Positions 21,660-30,436 of a stretch of DNA of 64,000 nucleotides are shown here, one piece after another (within the stretch, counting starts at the first letter, position 1; every line of letters begins with the position of its first letter). Made by a program: the position numbers and the translations under genes. Under the pieces are notes generated by a model. The model had not been told where the DNA came from and did not search any database. It saw only the letters and a program-made list of their open reading frames with translations. The stretch covers positions 66,662 through 130,661 of the forward strand of contig DASXUX010000047.1 of the NCBI GenBank assembly GCA_036504595.1, written 5' to 3'. Source of the DNA: Planctomycetota bacterium. GTDB lineage: Bacteria > Planctomycetota > SZUA-567 > H5-PLA8.

Positions 21660-22778
21660 CTACTGGTTACTTTCTCTATCAGCCGCGAAGATCCAGCCCT
21701 TATGCCAGAAGTAGCCGACGAGCGAGCAACCGGTCAGGAGCATGAAGAGGAGCAAGCCGACGTAGCCGTAGGGAGATTTGAGTTCTGGCATATTCCACGG
21801 TGAGGCATTGGTATCGAAGTTCATGCCGTAGAGGCCCGCCAAGAATGTGAGCGGAATGAAGATGGTCGAGATGATCGTCAGGACTTTCATGATTTCGTTG
21901 GTGCGGTTGGCGATCGCGGACAGGTAAACGTCGTGCAGTCCTGACGTGATTTCGCGGTAGGTTTCGACGATGTCCATGACTTGCACCGCATGGTCGTAAC
22001 AGTCGCGCAGGAAAATGCGGACCTCCTGTGGGATCAGCGGGCTGTCGTCGCGGATGAGCTGGTTCACCGTGTCGCGCTGCGGGAAGATCACGCGCCGCAG
22101 GTCGAGCAGTTCGCGCTTGGCGGTGTGAAGCTGCATGAACGTCCTGGGCGAAGGATTGGTGACGGTCTGCATTTCGAGTTCTTCGAGGAATTCGCCGTAG
22201 CGTTCGAGCACCGGGAAATAGTGATCGACGATCGTGTCGAGAATGGAATACGCGAGATAGGCCGCTCCGCTGCGGCGATGCATCCCGCCGCTGCGCCGCA
22301 CGCGCTGCCGGACGGGGTCAAGGCAATCCGGTTCGTCGTGGAGCGTGAGGACGTAGTTCTTGCCGAGGATGATGCTGAGTTGCGCGGCCTCCATGTCGTC
22401 GGCGGCTTTAAGCATAACCATGCGCGCGAGAATGAAGTGGTAGTGATCGTACAGGTCGGCTTTCGGACGCTGCGGGCTGTGCGCGATGTCTTCGAGCGTG
22501 AGCGGATGGATGTCAAAGAGCGCGGCGAGTTCGCGAAGCGTTTTCTCATCGCAGGGGCCGGCAACGTCGATCCACGTCACGCCGGGCTTGCAGAGAAACG
22601 GCGGGATGTCCGCCGGTGCGCTAAGAGTGCGCTCCTCGCAGCGGTCGAGCGCGTACGAGATCACGTTGATCGCGGGCGGCTTGGCGACGGGCTTGAGGTC
22701 CAGCGTGCCGGGCGACGCGCCGGGCACAATCGGTGACTTGTCGCGATGCAGGTGTTTGAGGCGAATGTGCTTGGCCAT
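21660..22778 (-). CDS. corA: magnesium/cobalt transporter CorA
   Basis: YGMNF (GMN) motif between two C-terminal TM helices. ATG 22778 (MAKHIRLKH) preferred over the track start 22823. Confidence 0.9.
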   Translation of the reverse strand: MAKHIRLKHLHRDKSPIVPGASPGTLDLKPVAKPPAINVISYALDRCEERTLSAPADIPPFLCKPGVTWIDVAGPCDEKTLRELAALFDIHPLTLEDIAHSPQRPKADLYDHYHFILARMVMLKAADDMEAAQLSIILGKNYVLTLHDEPDCLDPVRQRVRRSGGMHRRSGAAYLAYSILDTIVDHYFPVLERYGEFLEELEMQTVTNPSPRTFMQLHTAKRELLDLRRVIFPQRDTVNQLIRDDSPLIPQEVRIFLRDCYDHAVQVMDIVETYREITSGLHDVYLSAIANRTNEIMKVLTIISTIFIPLTFLAGLYGMNFDTNASPWNMPELKSPYGYVGLLLFMLLTGCSLVGYFWHKGWIFAADRESNQ

Positions 22779-22818
22779 AGCTGGCGTCCCGTTGTAGCGC
22801 AAGCCTCTCAGCTTAACA

Positions 22819-22838
22819 CGCAATCCCGGAGGATTGCG
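22819..22838. repeat. GCAATCC-CGG-AGGATTGC mini-hairpin directly after the murA stop
   Basis: cgcaatcccggaggattgcg, read directly. Confidence 0.7.
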
Positions 22839-24167
22839 CTACAGCGCCGGCGGCTTTTCGATCGTCTCGTCGGGCAGGCGTTTGATCACGGCGCCGAGCG
22901 ACCGCAGTTTTTGCTCGAAGCTCTCGTAGCCGCGGTCGATGTGATAGATGCGGTGCAGGTGCGTCTCGCCTTCGGCGGCCAGACCCGCGAGCGTCAGCGC
23001 GGCGCCGGCGCGCAGGTCGCTGGCCATCACCGGCGCGCCCTGGAGCTTGTCCACGCCGATGACGACGCAGGTGTTGTTGATCTTTTGGATGCGCGCGCCC
23101 ATGCGCTTGAGTTCGGCCACATGATTCAGCCGGTCGGGATAGATGCCGTCGGTCAGCACGCTCGCGCCTTTGCCCAGAGCCATCAGCGCCATCAGCGGCG
23201 CTTGAAGGTCCGTCGGAAAGCCGGGGTAGGGCAGGGTGGAAAGTTCCAGTTCGGTCGGCCGACCCGTCATGCCAAGTGCCACGACTTTGCAGTTCCGTGT
23301 GAACGCGATGCCGGCTTCGTGGAACTTATCGAAAACCGATTCGAGATGGGTGGGCTCGATGTTGTTCACGACCACTTCGCCTTGCGTGATCGCGCCGGCC
23401 ATCAGCAGCGTGGCGGCTTCAATCCGGTCGGGTATGACGCGGTGCTCGCAGCCTTCCAGCCGCCGCACGCCTTTGATGTGGATGCGATGGCTGCCCGCGC
23501 CTTCGATGCTCGCGCCCATTTCGTTCAGGAAATTCGCGAGGTCCACGACTTCCGGTTCGCACGCGGCGTGTTCGATGACGGTCTGGCCTTCGGCGAGCAC
23601 CGCGGCCATCATCACATTGCCGGTGCCGGTCACCGAGGAGCCGGTCGGCCCGCCGAGATAAATGTTCGCGCCGCGCAGCTTCTTGGCTTGAGCGATGACA
23701 TAGCCGTGCTCGATCTTGATGTCGGCGCCCAGCGCGCGCAGGCCCTTCAGGTGCAAATCGACGGGCCGGTCGCCAAACGCGCAGCCGCCAGGCAGCGAAA
23801 CTTTCGCATAGCCGCGCTTGGCCAGCAGCGGGCCGAGCACGCAGAAGCTCGCGCGCATCATGCTGACCAGTTCGTACGGCGCAATGCTGCAATCTTCGCT
23901 GACCACGCGGGTATTGATGCGGCCGGCGGTGTCGCGTTCGACGCTGACGCCCAGCTTCTTCAAAATGTTGGCGAGCGTGTCCACGTCGCGCAGGCGCGGC
24001 ACGTTGGTGATCGCGCACGGCCCTTCGGCCAGAATGGTCGCGGCGAGAATCGGCAGCGAAGAATTTTTCGATCCGCTGGCGCTGACTTCGCCCTTCAAGC
24101 GGTGCCCGCCTTCAATTACGAATTTTTCCACGGCATTTCCCCCGGCAGCATGAGACAGCGTACTCAT
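22839..24167 (-). CDS. murA: UDP-N-acetylglucosamine 1-carboxyvinyltransferase
   Basis: SGSKNSSLPILAA, LPGGCAFGDRPVDLHL (active-site Cys loop), and HIDRGYE near the C-terminus. Confidence 0.95.
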   Translation of the reverse strand: MSTLSHAAGGNAVEKFVIEGGHRLKGEVSASGSKNSSLPILAATILAEGPCAITNVPRLRDVDTLANILKKLGVSVERDTAGRINTRVVSEDCSIAPYELVSMMRASFCVLGPLLAKRGYAKVSLPGGCAFGDRPVDLHLKGLRALGADIKIEHGYVIAQAKKLRGANIYLGGPTGSSVTGTGNVMMAAVLAEGQTVIEHAACEPEVVDLANFLNEMGASIEGAGSHRIHIKGVRRLEGCEHRVIPDRIEAATLLMAGAITQGEVVVNNIEPTHLESVFDKFHEAGIAFTRNCKVVALGMTGRPTELELSTLPYPGFPTDLQAPLMALMALGKGASVLTDGIYPDRLNHVAELKRMGARIQKINNTCVVIGVDKLQGAPVMASDLRAGAALTLAGLAAEGETHLHRIYHIDRGYESFEQKLRSLGAVIKRLPDETIEKPPAL

Positions 24168-24235
24168 GGTATCGTCGGAAGAGTCGCGTGAGTTAAGGGG
24201 GAAACGCGCCGCGGACCGGAACGCCGCAAAAAGGC

Positions 24236-24285
24236 GGAGTCTGAGAGCCTGCGCAGCGACAGACTCTCAGACTCCTTTATTTTTC
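24236..24285. repeat. 12-bp-stem hairpin GGAGTCTGAGAG / CTCTCAGACTCC with a flanking T-run
   Basis: Lies between the rpmB stop and the murA start. The T-run is on the plus strand and a short A-run precedes the hairpin. Confidence 0.6.
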
Positions 24286-24300
24286 AACGAGCTGTTAATT

Positions 24301-24579
24301 TTACTTCGCAGCCTTCTCGGCCCGAATCGCCGCCATCTGCTTCTGGTTCGGCGCCTTGTTGATGCGGCCGCTCTTGATGCACTTGCTGCACACCCAGACG
24401 CGATGCACGTGGCCATTGGCCTCGACGATCTTCAGGTGCTGCAAGTTGGGCTTGAACCAGCGGCCCGTCTTGCCTGTCACCTTCACGCCGATACCGCCCT
24501 TCCATTTGGCGACACCGCGATGCACATACTTGTTCCCCGTCGCGGGCGCTTTATCACAGTAATTGCAACGACCTGGCAT
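24301..24579 (-). CDS. rpmB: 50S ribosomal protein L28, Zn-ribbon (four-Cys) form with C-terminal extension
   Basis: MPGRCNYCDKAPATGN...RWFKPNLQ...VWVCSKCIKSG matches the L28 pattern seen in Cys-containing L28 proteins. Confidence 0.9.
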   Translation of the reverse strand: MPGRCNYCDKAPATGNKYVHRGVAKWKGGIGVKVTGKTGRWFKPNLQHLKIVEANGHVHRVWVCSKCIKSGRINKAPNQKQMAAIRAEKAAK

Positions 24580-24606
24580 GGCACTTACTCCTCTTTTAAT
24601 GCGAGC

Positions 24607-24702
24607 CTAGAGTCTGGAGTCTTGGGCCTGGAGTCTACAGCAACGCCAGACGCGACTTCAGCCTCAAAGACTCCAGACTCCGGACTCCAGACTCCAGACT
24701 GG
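24607..24702. repeat. inverted pair of GACTCCA-family heptamer arrays (arms 24607-24638 and 24668-24702)
   Basis: ctagagtctggagtcttgggcctggagtctac opposite agactccagactccggactccagactccagactgg. Lies between the EF-G stop and the rpmB start. Confidence 0.8.
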
Positions 24703-24705
24703 AAT

Positions 24706-26811
24706 TTACGCTTCCGCTTCCTTTACCTGCTTCGTCTTCGCCGCCGCAATGATCGGCCCTGCGATGCTCGATGGCACGAAATCGTAGTGCGAGAACTCCA
24801 GCGTATAGAAACCTTCGCCGCCGGTGATCGCCTTTAACTCGGCCGAATAATTCAAAACTTCGGACATCGGCACTTGAGCCTTCACGACCTGCATGTCGCC
24901 GAGCTGGTCCATGCCCGAGATGCGCCCGCGGTGGCCGCTCAAATGACCCGTGATGTCGCCCATGAACTTTCCCGGCACCACTACTTCCAGATTCACGATC
25001 GGCTCGATCAGCGCCGGCTTGGCCTGCTCAAAGGCCTGCTTGAAGCACTCCCGCGCCGCGATTTGGAACGCGATGTCCTTCGAATCCACTTCGTGATGCT
25101 TGCCGTCGTTCAGCCGCACCTTCACGTCCACGACCGGAATGCCCGGCCAGACGCCTTCGGCCATCTTGTTCACAACGCCTTTTTCGCAGGACGGAATGTA
25201 CTGCCGCGGAATCACGCCGCCAACGATCTCATCGATGAACTCAAAGCCATGCCCGATGTTCGGCTCGACCTTGATCTGGCACTTGCCGTACTGCCCCGCG
25301 CCGCCGCTTTGCTTCTTATGCGCGTAGGCGACTTCCGCCGTGCCCGTGATCGTCGAACGATACGGAATCTTCGGCGGCTTGGTCAGCACTTCGATCTGCT
25401 GTTTGCGCAGCCGGTTGAGCATCAGTTCCAAATGCGTCAGGCCCATCCCGCGAATGACCAGCTCGTGCGTCTGCGGATCGACTTCCATCAGGAAGCTCGG
25501 GTCGCCTTCCGCCAAAATCTTCAGTCGCTGAGCCACCTTCGCTTCGTCGTTGCGGTTCTTGGCCTCCACGGCCAAAGCCTGCATGGGCAGCGGAATCGGA
25601 ATCGGCGCGATGTACCAGCCGCTTTCGTCCGTGCTCAGCGTGTCGTTGAAGTTCAGATTTTCGTTCTTGGCCACCGCGATGATTTCACCGCAAACCACCC
25701 CGTCGGTCTCATGCGTTTCTTTTCCCTGAACCTCCAGGAAATGCGCGAAACGGTCCGGCCGCGCCGCTGCGGAACTCTTGGCCGTGCCGCCGGCCGGCAG
25801 AGCGCCCGAGAACACGCGCAGATACGCCAGCTTGCCGATGAACGGATCGCGCTTGCTCTTGAAGACCAGCGCGTACAGCGGACCGTCCACGGTCGGCGTC
25901 ATCACTTTTTCTTCGAAGCCCACGGGCTTGACCGCGGGTTCCGCTTCCGGCTCGGCATCCTTTGCGGCTGGCTTCTCGTGGACCTTCTTGCGCAAGCGGT
26001 AGGTGATCTGCAGCGGCGACGGCCCTTGATCGGCGATCACTTGAGCCAGCTCTTTGACGCCCAAATCCTTTTCTGCGGAGACGCAAACAACGGGAACAAT
26101 CGAGCCGCTCAGCAATCCCTTCGTCAGGCAGCGAGCGATCTCTTCCGGCGCAATCTTCTCGTCGGACAGATAGCGTTCCATCACCGCGTCATCGGCGGCG
26201 ACCGCCGTTTCCGTCAGGCTCGCCTTGGCGTCCTTGGCCTCTTCCTGAAGGTCGGCTGGAGCGGCGCTGATATCGCTCAACAGATTCACGACCCCCTTGA
26301 AATTCACACCGGCGTCGATGGGAATGAAGACCGGTGTCACCGCCGCGCCGAACACTTCCTTGAGCTGCGCGACGGTCGCATCGAACTTGGCGCGCTCGTG
26401 ATCCATGCGCGTGACAACAAACATACGCGGCTTTTCCATCGCCTGAGCCATATCCCAGACTTTGCGCGTCATCACTTCCACGCCATTGGCCGCATTGACC
26501 GCGATCAGCACCAGGTCGGCGGCGGCCATGCCCTGTTCGGCGCCGGCCGAAAAATCGGGCAGACCCGGACAATCCAACCAGTTGATGCGCTTGCCGGCGA
26601 AATCAAAATGCGTGACCGCAGTTTCAATGGAATGACCTTTTTCGCGTTCATCAACATCAAAATCGCTGACGGTATTCTTTTCGGTAATTGTGCCTTTCTT
26701 CTTAATGGCCCCGGCGGCAAACAGAGCCGCTTCAGTCAACGTCGTCTTCCCGGTGCCGTTATGTCCCACCAATGCCACGTTGCGGATATTTTCTGTTGCG
26801 GGCTTTGCCAT
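24706..26811 (-). CDS. fusA: elongation factor G family GTPase (stand-alone paralog, not in an str operon context)
   Basis: G1 VGHNGTGKTTL, G3 WLDCPGLPDF, and EF-G domain IV/V-like C-terminus. Confidence 0.9.
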   Translation of the reverse strand: MAKPATENIRNVALVGHNGTGKTTLTEAALFAAGAIKKKGTITEKNTVSDFDVDEREKGHSIETAVTHFDFAGKRINWLDCPGLPDFSAGAEQGMAAADLVLIAVNAANGVEVMTRKVWDMAQAMEKPRMFVVTRMDHERAKFDATVAQLKEVFGAAVTPVFIPIDAGVNFKGVVNLLSDISAAPADLQEEAKDAKASLTETAVAADDAVMERYLSDEKIAPEEIARCLTKGLLSGSIVPVVCVSAEKDLGVKELAQVIADQGPSPLQITYRLRKKVHEKPAAKDAEPEAEPAVKPVGFEEKVMTPTVDGPLYALVFKSKRDPFIGKLAYLRVFSGALPAGGTAKSSAAARPDRFAHFLEVQGKETHETDGVVCGEIIAVAKNENLNFNDTLSTDESGWYIAPIPIPLPMQALAVEAKNRNDEAKVAQRLKILAEGDPSFLMEVDPQTHELVIRGMGLTHLELMLNRLRKQQIEVLTKPPKIPYRSTITGTAEVAYAHKKQSGGAGQYGKCQIKVEPNIGHGFEFIDEIVGGVIPRQYIPSCEKGVVNKMAEGVWPGIPVVDVKVRLNDGKHHEVDSKDIAFQIAARECFKQAFEQAKPALIEPIVNLEVVVPGKFMGDITGHLSGHRGRISGMDQLGDMQVVKAQVPMSEVLNYSAELKAITGGEGFYTLEFSHYDFVPSSIAGPIIAAAKTKQVKEAEA

Positions 26812-26914
26812 TTACAGAATCTCCCTTTGTGCTAGGGGGTGCCGCGGACCAAGGCTGTCTCCGGTCCGTGCTCGATCCTCGCTGGCGCCGCGCACGATCT
26901 TTCCCGGCGCACAG

Positions 26915-26950
26915 CAAACAAAAATGCGAGACCCAGCCGGGCCTCGCATG
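26915..26950 (-). terminator. strong intrinsic terminator on the minus strand, about 105 nt upstream of the EF-G ATG
   Basis: Minus strand reads ATGCGAGGCCC-GGCT-GGGTCTCGCAT (11-bp stem with one G-U) followed by TTTTTGTTTG. Confidence 0.65.
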
Positions 26951-27039
26951 ACGCGAGCCAAGGGCAAAAAGAGCGTCCCCCCCGGGCCGTTCTTGCCGCC
27001 CAAAAGCTCGGTTGGCCGATTACAGGCCACCCGGCTGAA

Positions 27040-27068
27040 CTTATAGCATCGGCTAACAGAAAATTCAA
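27040..27068 (-). promoter_or_regulatory. candidate sigma70-type promoter TTGAAT-17 nt-TATAAG
   Basis: Minus-strand -35 at 27068-27063 and -10 at 27045-27040, with a spacer counted as 17 nt. Together with the terminator this would give a transcript of about 115 nt. Confidence 0.3.
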
Positions 27069-27149
27069 AATGCAATTCCGGGTATTTGCCCATTTGCAGG
27101 CAGCCGCGCTCATCTCTGTGGCGAGTTTCTTCGGTCACTGAATCCAAAA

Positions 27150-27932
27150 TCACTTCAGCCCCAGCTTCCTGCAGTTCTTGTAACTGATCGCCAAGCTTTC
27201 GAAGGGGTCGCGCTGACAGGTGTCTTGTTCGACGATATACCAGCGCACGCCGGATTTCTTCGCGGCCTTGAGGATCTTCTCCCAGTTCAGGTTGCCTTCG
27301 CCAATCTCGGCCATGAGTTGCTGCGGGTGCCATTCGCCCGGCTTCGTCTTGACGCACATATCTTTTAGATGAAGCAGCGGAATGCGCCCCTTCAGGTCGC
27401 GCACCCACTGCGCCGGGTCGCCGCCGCCGTGCGTGATCCAGTACGTGTCGATCTCCGCGGTGAAGTACTTCGGGTCGCTCTCGGCGTAGAGGATTTCCAA
27501 GCCCGTGCGATCGCCGAACTTTTCGAGCTCAAAGCTGTGGTTGTGGTAGCCCCAGGTCAGGCCGCCTTTCTTGAGTTTCTTTGCGACCGCTGACGCGTCC
27601 TTCGCAAATTTCTTCCAGCCGTCGGGCGAGCGATACTGCTGCGGCATTGAGCCCACCGCCGTGTACTCGCAGCCGAGAATCTTGTGCTCCGCCAGCAGCG
27701 CCTCAGTCTTGTCGCGCATTTCCTCAAAGCTCTTGTGTGTGGCGCAAACAGTCAGGCCGTTGTCGTCGCAAAGTTTGCGGAGCTCCTTCGGATCGATCGG
27801 CCCGAGCGCAGAAAGCTGCACGGCCTGGTAGCCGATCTTGCGCACTTTCTTAAGCGTCTCTGCGATGTCCGCCGGCGTCTTCGTAAAATCGCGCAACGTA
27901 TAAAGCTGAGCCGCCAGTTGAGTCTTCGCCAT
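27150..27932 (-). CDS. sugar phosphate isomerase/epimerase (xylose-isomerase-like TIM barrel)
   Basis: MAKTQLAAQLYTLRD..., WGYHNHSFE and HLKD motifs typical of the family. ATG 27932 follows an AAGGA site. Confidence 0.8.
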   Translation of the reverse strand: MAKTQLAAQLYTLRDFTKTPADIAETLKKVRKIGYQAVQLSALGPIDPKELRKLCDDNGLTVCATHKSFEEMRDKTEALLAEHKILGCEYTAVGSMPQQYRSPDGWKKFAKDASAVAKKLKKGGLTWGYHNHSFELEKFGDRTGLEILYAESDPKYFTAEIDTYWITHGGGDPAQWVRDLKGRIPLLHLKDMCVKTKPGEWHPQQLMAEIGEGNLNWEKILKAAKKSGVRWYIVEQDTCQRDPFESLAISYKNCRKLGLK

Positions 27933-27959
27933 GATCAATTCCTTTCGCAGCCACAATCC

Positions 27960-27995
27960 CCTTAACCCTGAACCCCGACTCCTGAACCCTGTCCG
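27960..27995. repeat. CCTGAAC-family heptamer array
   Basis: ccttaac cctgaac cccgact cctgaac cctgtcc. Confidence 0.8.
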
Positions 27996-28004
27996 TTCGA
28001 CCCA

Positions 28005-28032
28005 AACAAAAAGCGGGACTTTGCATCCCGCT
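28005..28032 (-). terminator. intrinsic terminator of the cold-shock gene
   Basis: Minus strand reads cAGCGGGA-tgcaaag-TCCCGCT followed by TTTTGTTTG. Confidence 0.7.
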
Positions 28033-28059
28033 GTTAGCTGCTTTTGGAAGATGTAACGC

Positions 28060-28272
28060 TTAAGCCTTGGGGCGAACCTTCGTAGCCTTCGGGCCCTTCG
28101 TGTCTTGCACAGACTCGTATTCGACCACTTGGCCTTCTTTCAGCGTGCGAAAACCGTCCGCCTGGATCTCGCTGTGATGCACGAACAGGTCCTTACCGCC
28201 CTCATCGGGGGTGATGAACCCGAAGCCCTTCTGATCGTTGAACCACTTGACCTTGCCCGACGCCATACCCAT
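28060..28272 (-). CDS. cspA: cold-shock protein (CspA family)
   Basis: [15 protein letters not shown] (RNP1) and DLFVHHS (RNP2). AAGGAG Shine-Dalgarno site upstream. Confidence 0.92.
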   Translation of the reverse strand: MGMASGKVKWFNDQKGFGFITPDEGGKDLFVHHSEIQADGFRTLKEGQVVEYESVQDTKGPKATKVRPKA

Positions 28273-28396
28273 ATCTCCTTACGACTGCGGCTTAGCCCTG
28301 CGAACTAACCGTCCCCATTGGCCGATTTATGTAACAGGAGCCAATCCCTCAACATATCGTTTTAAGCATATTTGTGGAGTGCATTTCGACCGATTT

Positions 28397-29632
28397 TTAG
28401 AAAATATTCCAAAAAACATTGAAGGTTTGCGCCAGCGCCCACGATACCGTGCCGAGAACCGCCAACACCCCGGCACAACCGGCCGTTCTGCGAGGCTTCT
28501 TGCGCGGAATTCGCGGCGGGCGGATGGAGGAGCGATGCTGGTCGAGTGTCGCGTTTAGCGGCTCTTCCTTCCGCAGTACGCGATCTATGTCGTCCATAAG
28601 TTCCTGCGCGGTCTGGTAGCGGTCTGCAGGCGCCTTTGCCATCAGCTTGGTCACGACCTGAACTACACCCAGCGAAAGGTCCGGATTCAGGTCCGCCGGA
28701 TTCTCAAGCTGTACTTCGAGATGCAACCGCATGATTTCAAGCGCGCTCGGCGCTTCGAACGGCGTGTGGCCGGTCAGCATGTGGTAAAGCGTTCCGCCCA
28801 GCGCATACAGATCGGCCCGGTGATCGATATCCTTGTCGGCGCGCACTTGCTCCGGAGAGATGTAATACGGCGTCCCGATGACCGCACCCGTCTGCGTGAG
28901 ACTTTCCTCATCGAGAAACGACTTTGCCGTTCCAAAATCGCTGATCTTTGCGATGCCCTCGCGGCTAAAGAGGATGTTCTCCGGCTTGATGTCCCGGTGC
29001 ACGATTCCCTTGCTGTGCGCGTGGAGAAGCCCCGCGGCAATATCGCGGCAGATGCGCAGACATTCGTCTTCGGGCAATTTGCCGCCCGCGTTCAGCAATC
29101 GAGTGCGCAGGGTGTCGCCCTCGACAAACTCCATCACCATGAACTGGATGCCGCGGCTGACCCCCGCGTTGTGGCAGGCGACGATATTCGGATGCGAAAG
29201 CGACCCCGCCAGTTTGGCTTCGCGCTCGAAGCGTTCGGTGAATAGCGCGTTTGCCGCCAGGTTCCTGCGCAGAACTTTCAACGCAACGACCCGGTTGGCG
29301 AGCGTCTCCTGAGCCTTGTAGACAGAACCCATTCCACCTTCGCCGAGTTTGGACAGGAGCTTGTATTCGCCGAAATATTCCATCGGCAGAATCTTGTTGG
29401 CGTCCGCCGTGCGGCGTTTGCGCTGCTCAGATAAAACCTTCTTCACCTGTTCGACGTTGAGCAGGTTCATCATGATCAGCACTTCGCCGACCCGTGTCTT
29501 CCCGCCGCCCGCATGAAGCCCGCGCTGCTTGTCCAGGGCCATATCAAGCTGGCCCTTTGTGATTAGCCCCAGTTCGATGGCCAGTTCGCCGAATCGATGC
29601 TGCTGGCTTTGAAGTCCCGTCGGTGTGTGCAT
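28397..29632 (-). CDS. Ser/Thr protein kinase with N-terminal T2SS-E-N-like helical domain and C-terminal TM anchor
   Basis: VALKVL, HRDIKPENIL, DFG and GTPYYISPE motifs. ATG 29632 preferred; the track start 29689 is a TTG 6 nt from the divergent gene. Confidence 0.85.
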   Translation of the reverse strand: MHTPTGLQSQQHRFGELAIELGLITKGQLDMALDKQRGLHAGGGKTRVGEVLIMMNLLNVEQVKKVLSEQRKRRTADANKILPMEYFGEYKLLSKLGEGGMGSVYKAQETLANRVVALKVLRRNLAANALFTERFEREAKLAGSLSHPNIVACHNAGVSRGIQFMVMEFVEGDTLRTRLLNAGGKLPEDECLRICRDIAAGLLHAHSKGIVHRDIKPENILFSREGIAKISDFGTAKSFLDEESLTQTGAVIGTPYYISPEQVRADKDIDHRADLYALGGTLYHMLTGHTPFEAPSALEIMRLHLEVQLENPADLNPDLSLGVVQVVTKLMAKAPADRYQTAQELMDDIDRVLRKEEPLNATLDQHRSSIRPPRIPRKKPRRTAGCAGVLAVLGTVSWALAQTFNVFWNIF

Positions 29633-29695
29633 GCCTGTGCGTCGATTCCTTGGTATCTGGTCATTGTATCCAAAGATCGCCTGTGTCAAAATCGC

Positions 29696-30331
29696 ATGAC
29701 GAAACGTACAAGGAGGGATCGACCATTGTCGCAGCCAACTTTGCCGTCCTCAAGGGAGATCGCACGGCTTCAAACTCGACTGACGCAGGCCTGGCACGGC
29801 GGCGAAAATGCTGAGGCGCAAAATAGCGCCCTTCTGTCGCTGATCGAACGCCAGCACCGCAGCAACTTCGACTTGTGGCACGAAGAAGACAAAGCTCGCG
29901 CTCCCGATGCCACCGACGCGCAAGTCGCGACGGTCAAGCGAGCCATCGACAAGATTAATCAGCAGCGCAACGATCAGATCGAGAAAATTGATGATTTCCT
30001 GCTCGAACAGCTCAAAGAGGTGAAACCGGCGCCCAGCGCGCCCTGGAACAGCGAAACTCCCGGCGGCATCATCGACCGCCTCTCGATTATCAGCCTGAAG
30101 ATTTATCACATGCAGGAACAGGTCGATCGCCCCGACGCCTCTGCGCAACACCGCCAGAACGCCCAGCAACGCCTGAGCATTCTTCTTGCGCAACAAAATG
30201 ATCTGACCACTGCGCTCGGTCTGTTGCTCGAAGATTTGCGCGGCGGCCGCAAGCAGATGAAGGTCTACCGTCAGTTCAAGATGTATAATGATCCGAACTA
30301 CAACCCTGCGATTTATGGGGTGAAGAAGTAG
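29696..30331 (+). CDS. DUF4254 domain protein
   Basis: HRSNFDLWHEEDKAR ... IIDRLSIISLKIYHM resembles DUF4254 as I remember it. ATG 29696 (MTKRTRRD). Confidence 0.65.
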   Translation: MTKRTRRDRPLSQPTLPSSREIARLQTRLTQAWHGGENAEAQNSALLSLIERQHRSNFDLWHEEDKARAPDATDAQVATVKRAIDKINQQRNDQIEKIDDFLLEQLKEVKPAPSAPWNSETPGGIIDRLSIISLKIYHMQEQVDRPDASAQHRQNAQQRLSILLAQQNDLTTALGLLLEDLRGGRKQMKVYRQFKMYNDPNYNPAIYGVKK

Positions 30332-30429
30332 TCGGGTCGTCTGGTGTCTGGTATTCTCGTGTCTGGTGTGCGGTAGTTTGGTCGTTTCCGCTAGCGAATG
30401 ACCAATGACTAACGACCAATGACCAACGG
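30331..30429. repeat. two adjacent heptamer arrays: GTCTGGT family (30331-30386) and AATGACC family (30394-30429)
   Basis: gtcgggt cgtctgg tgtctgg ... and aatgacc aatgact aacgacc aatgacc aacgg. Confidence 0.8.
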
Positions 30430-30436
30430 AGTTTCC

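Noticed and set aside
26915-27040. Identity of the candidate small RNA as SRP (4.5S), 6S or tmRNA
   Set aside because: It lacks the conserved SRP helix-8 GGAA tetraloop with AGCAGCC context, and there is no tRNA-like end or tag ORF for tmRNA. It is too short and lacks the central-bubble architecture expected of 6S RNA. Left as unclassified.
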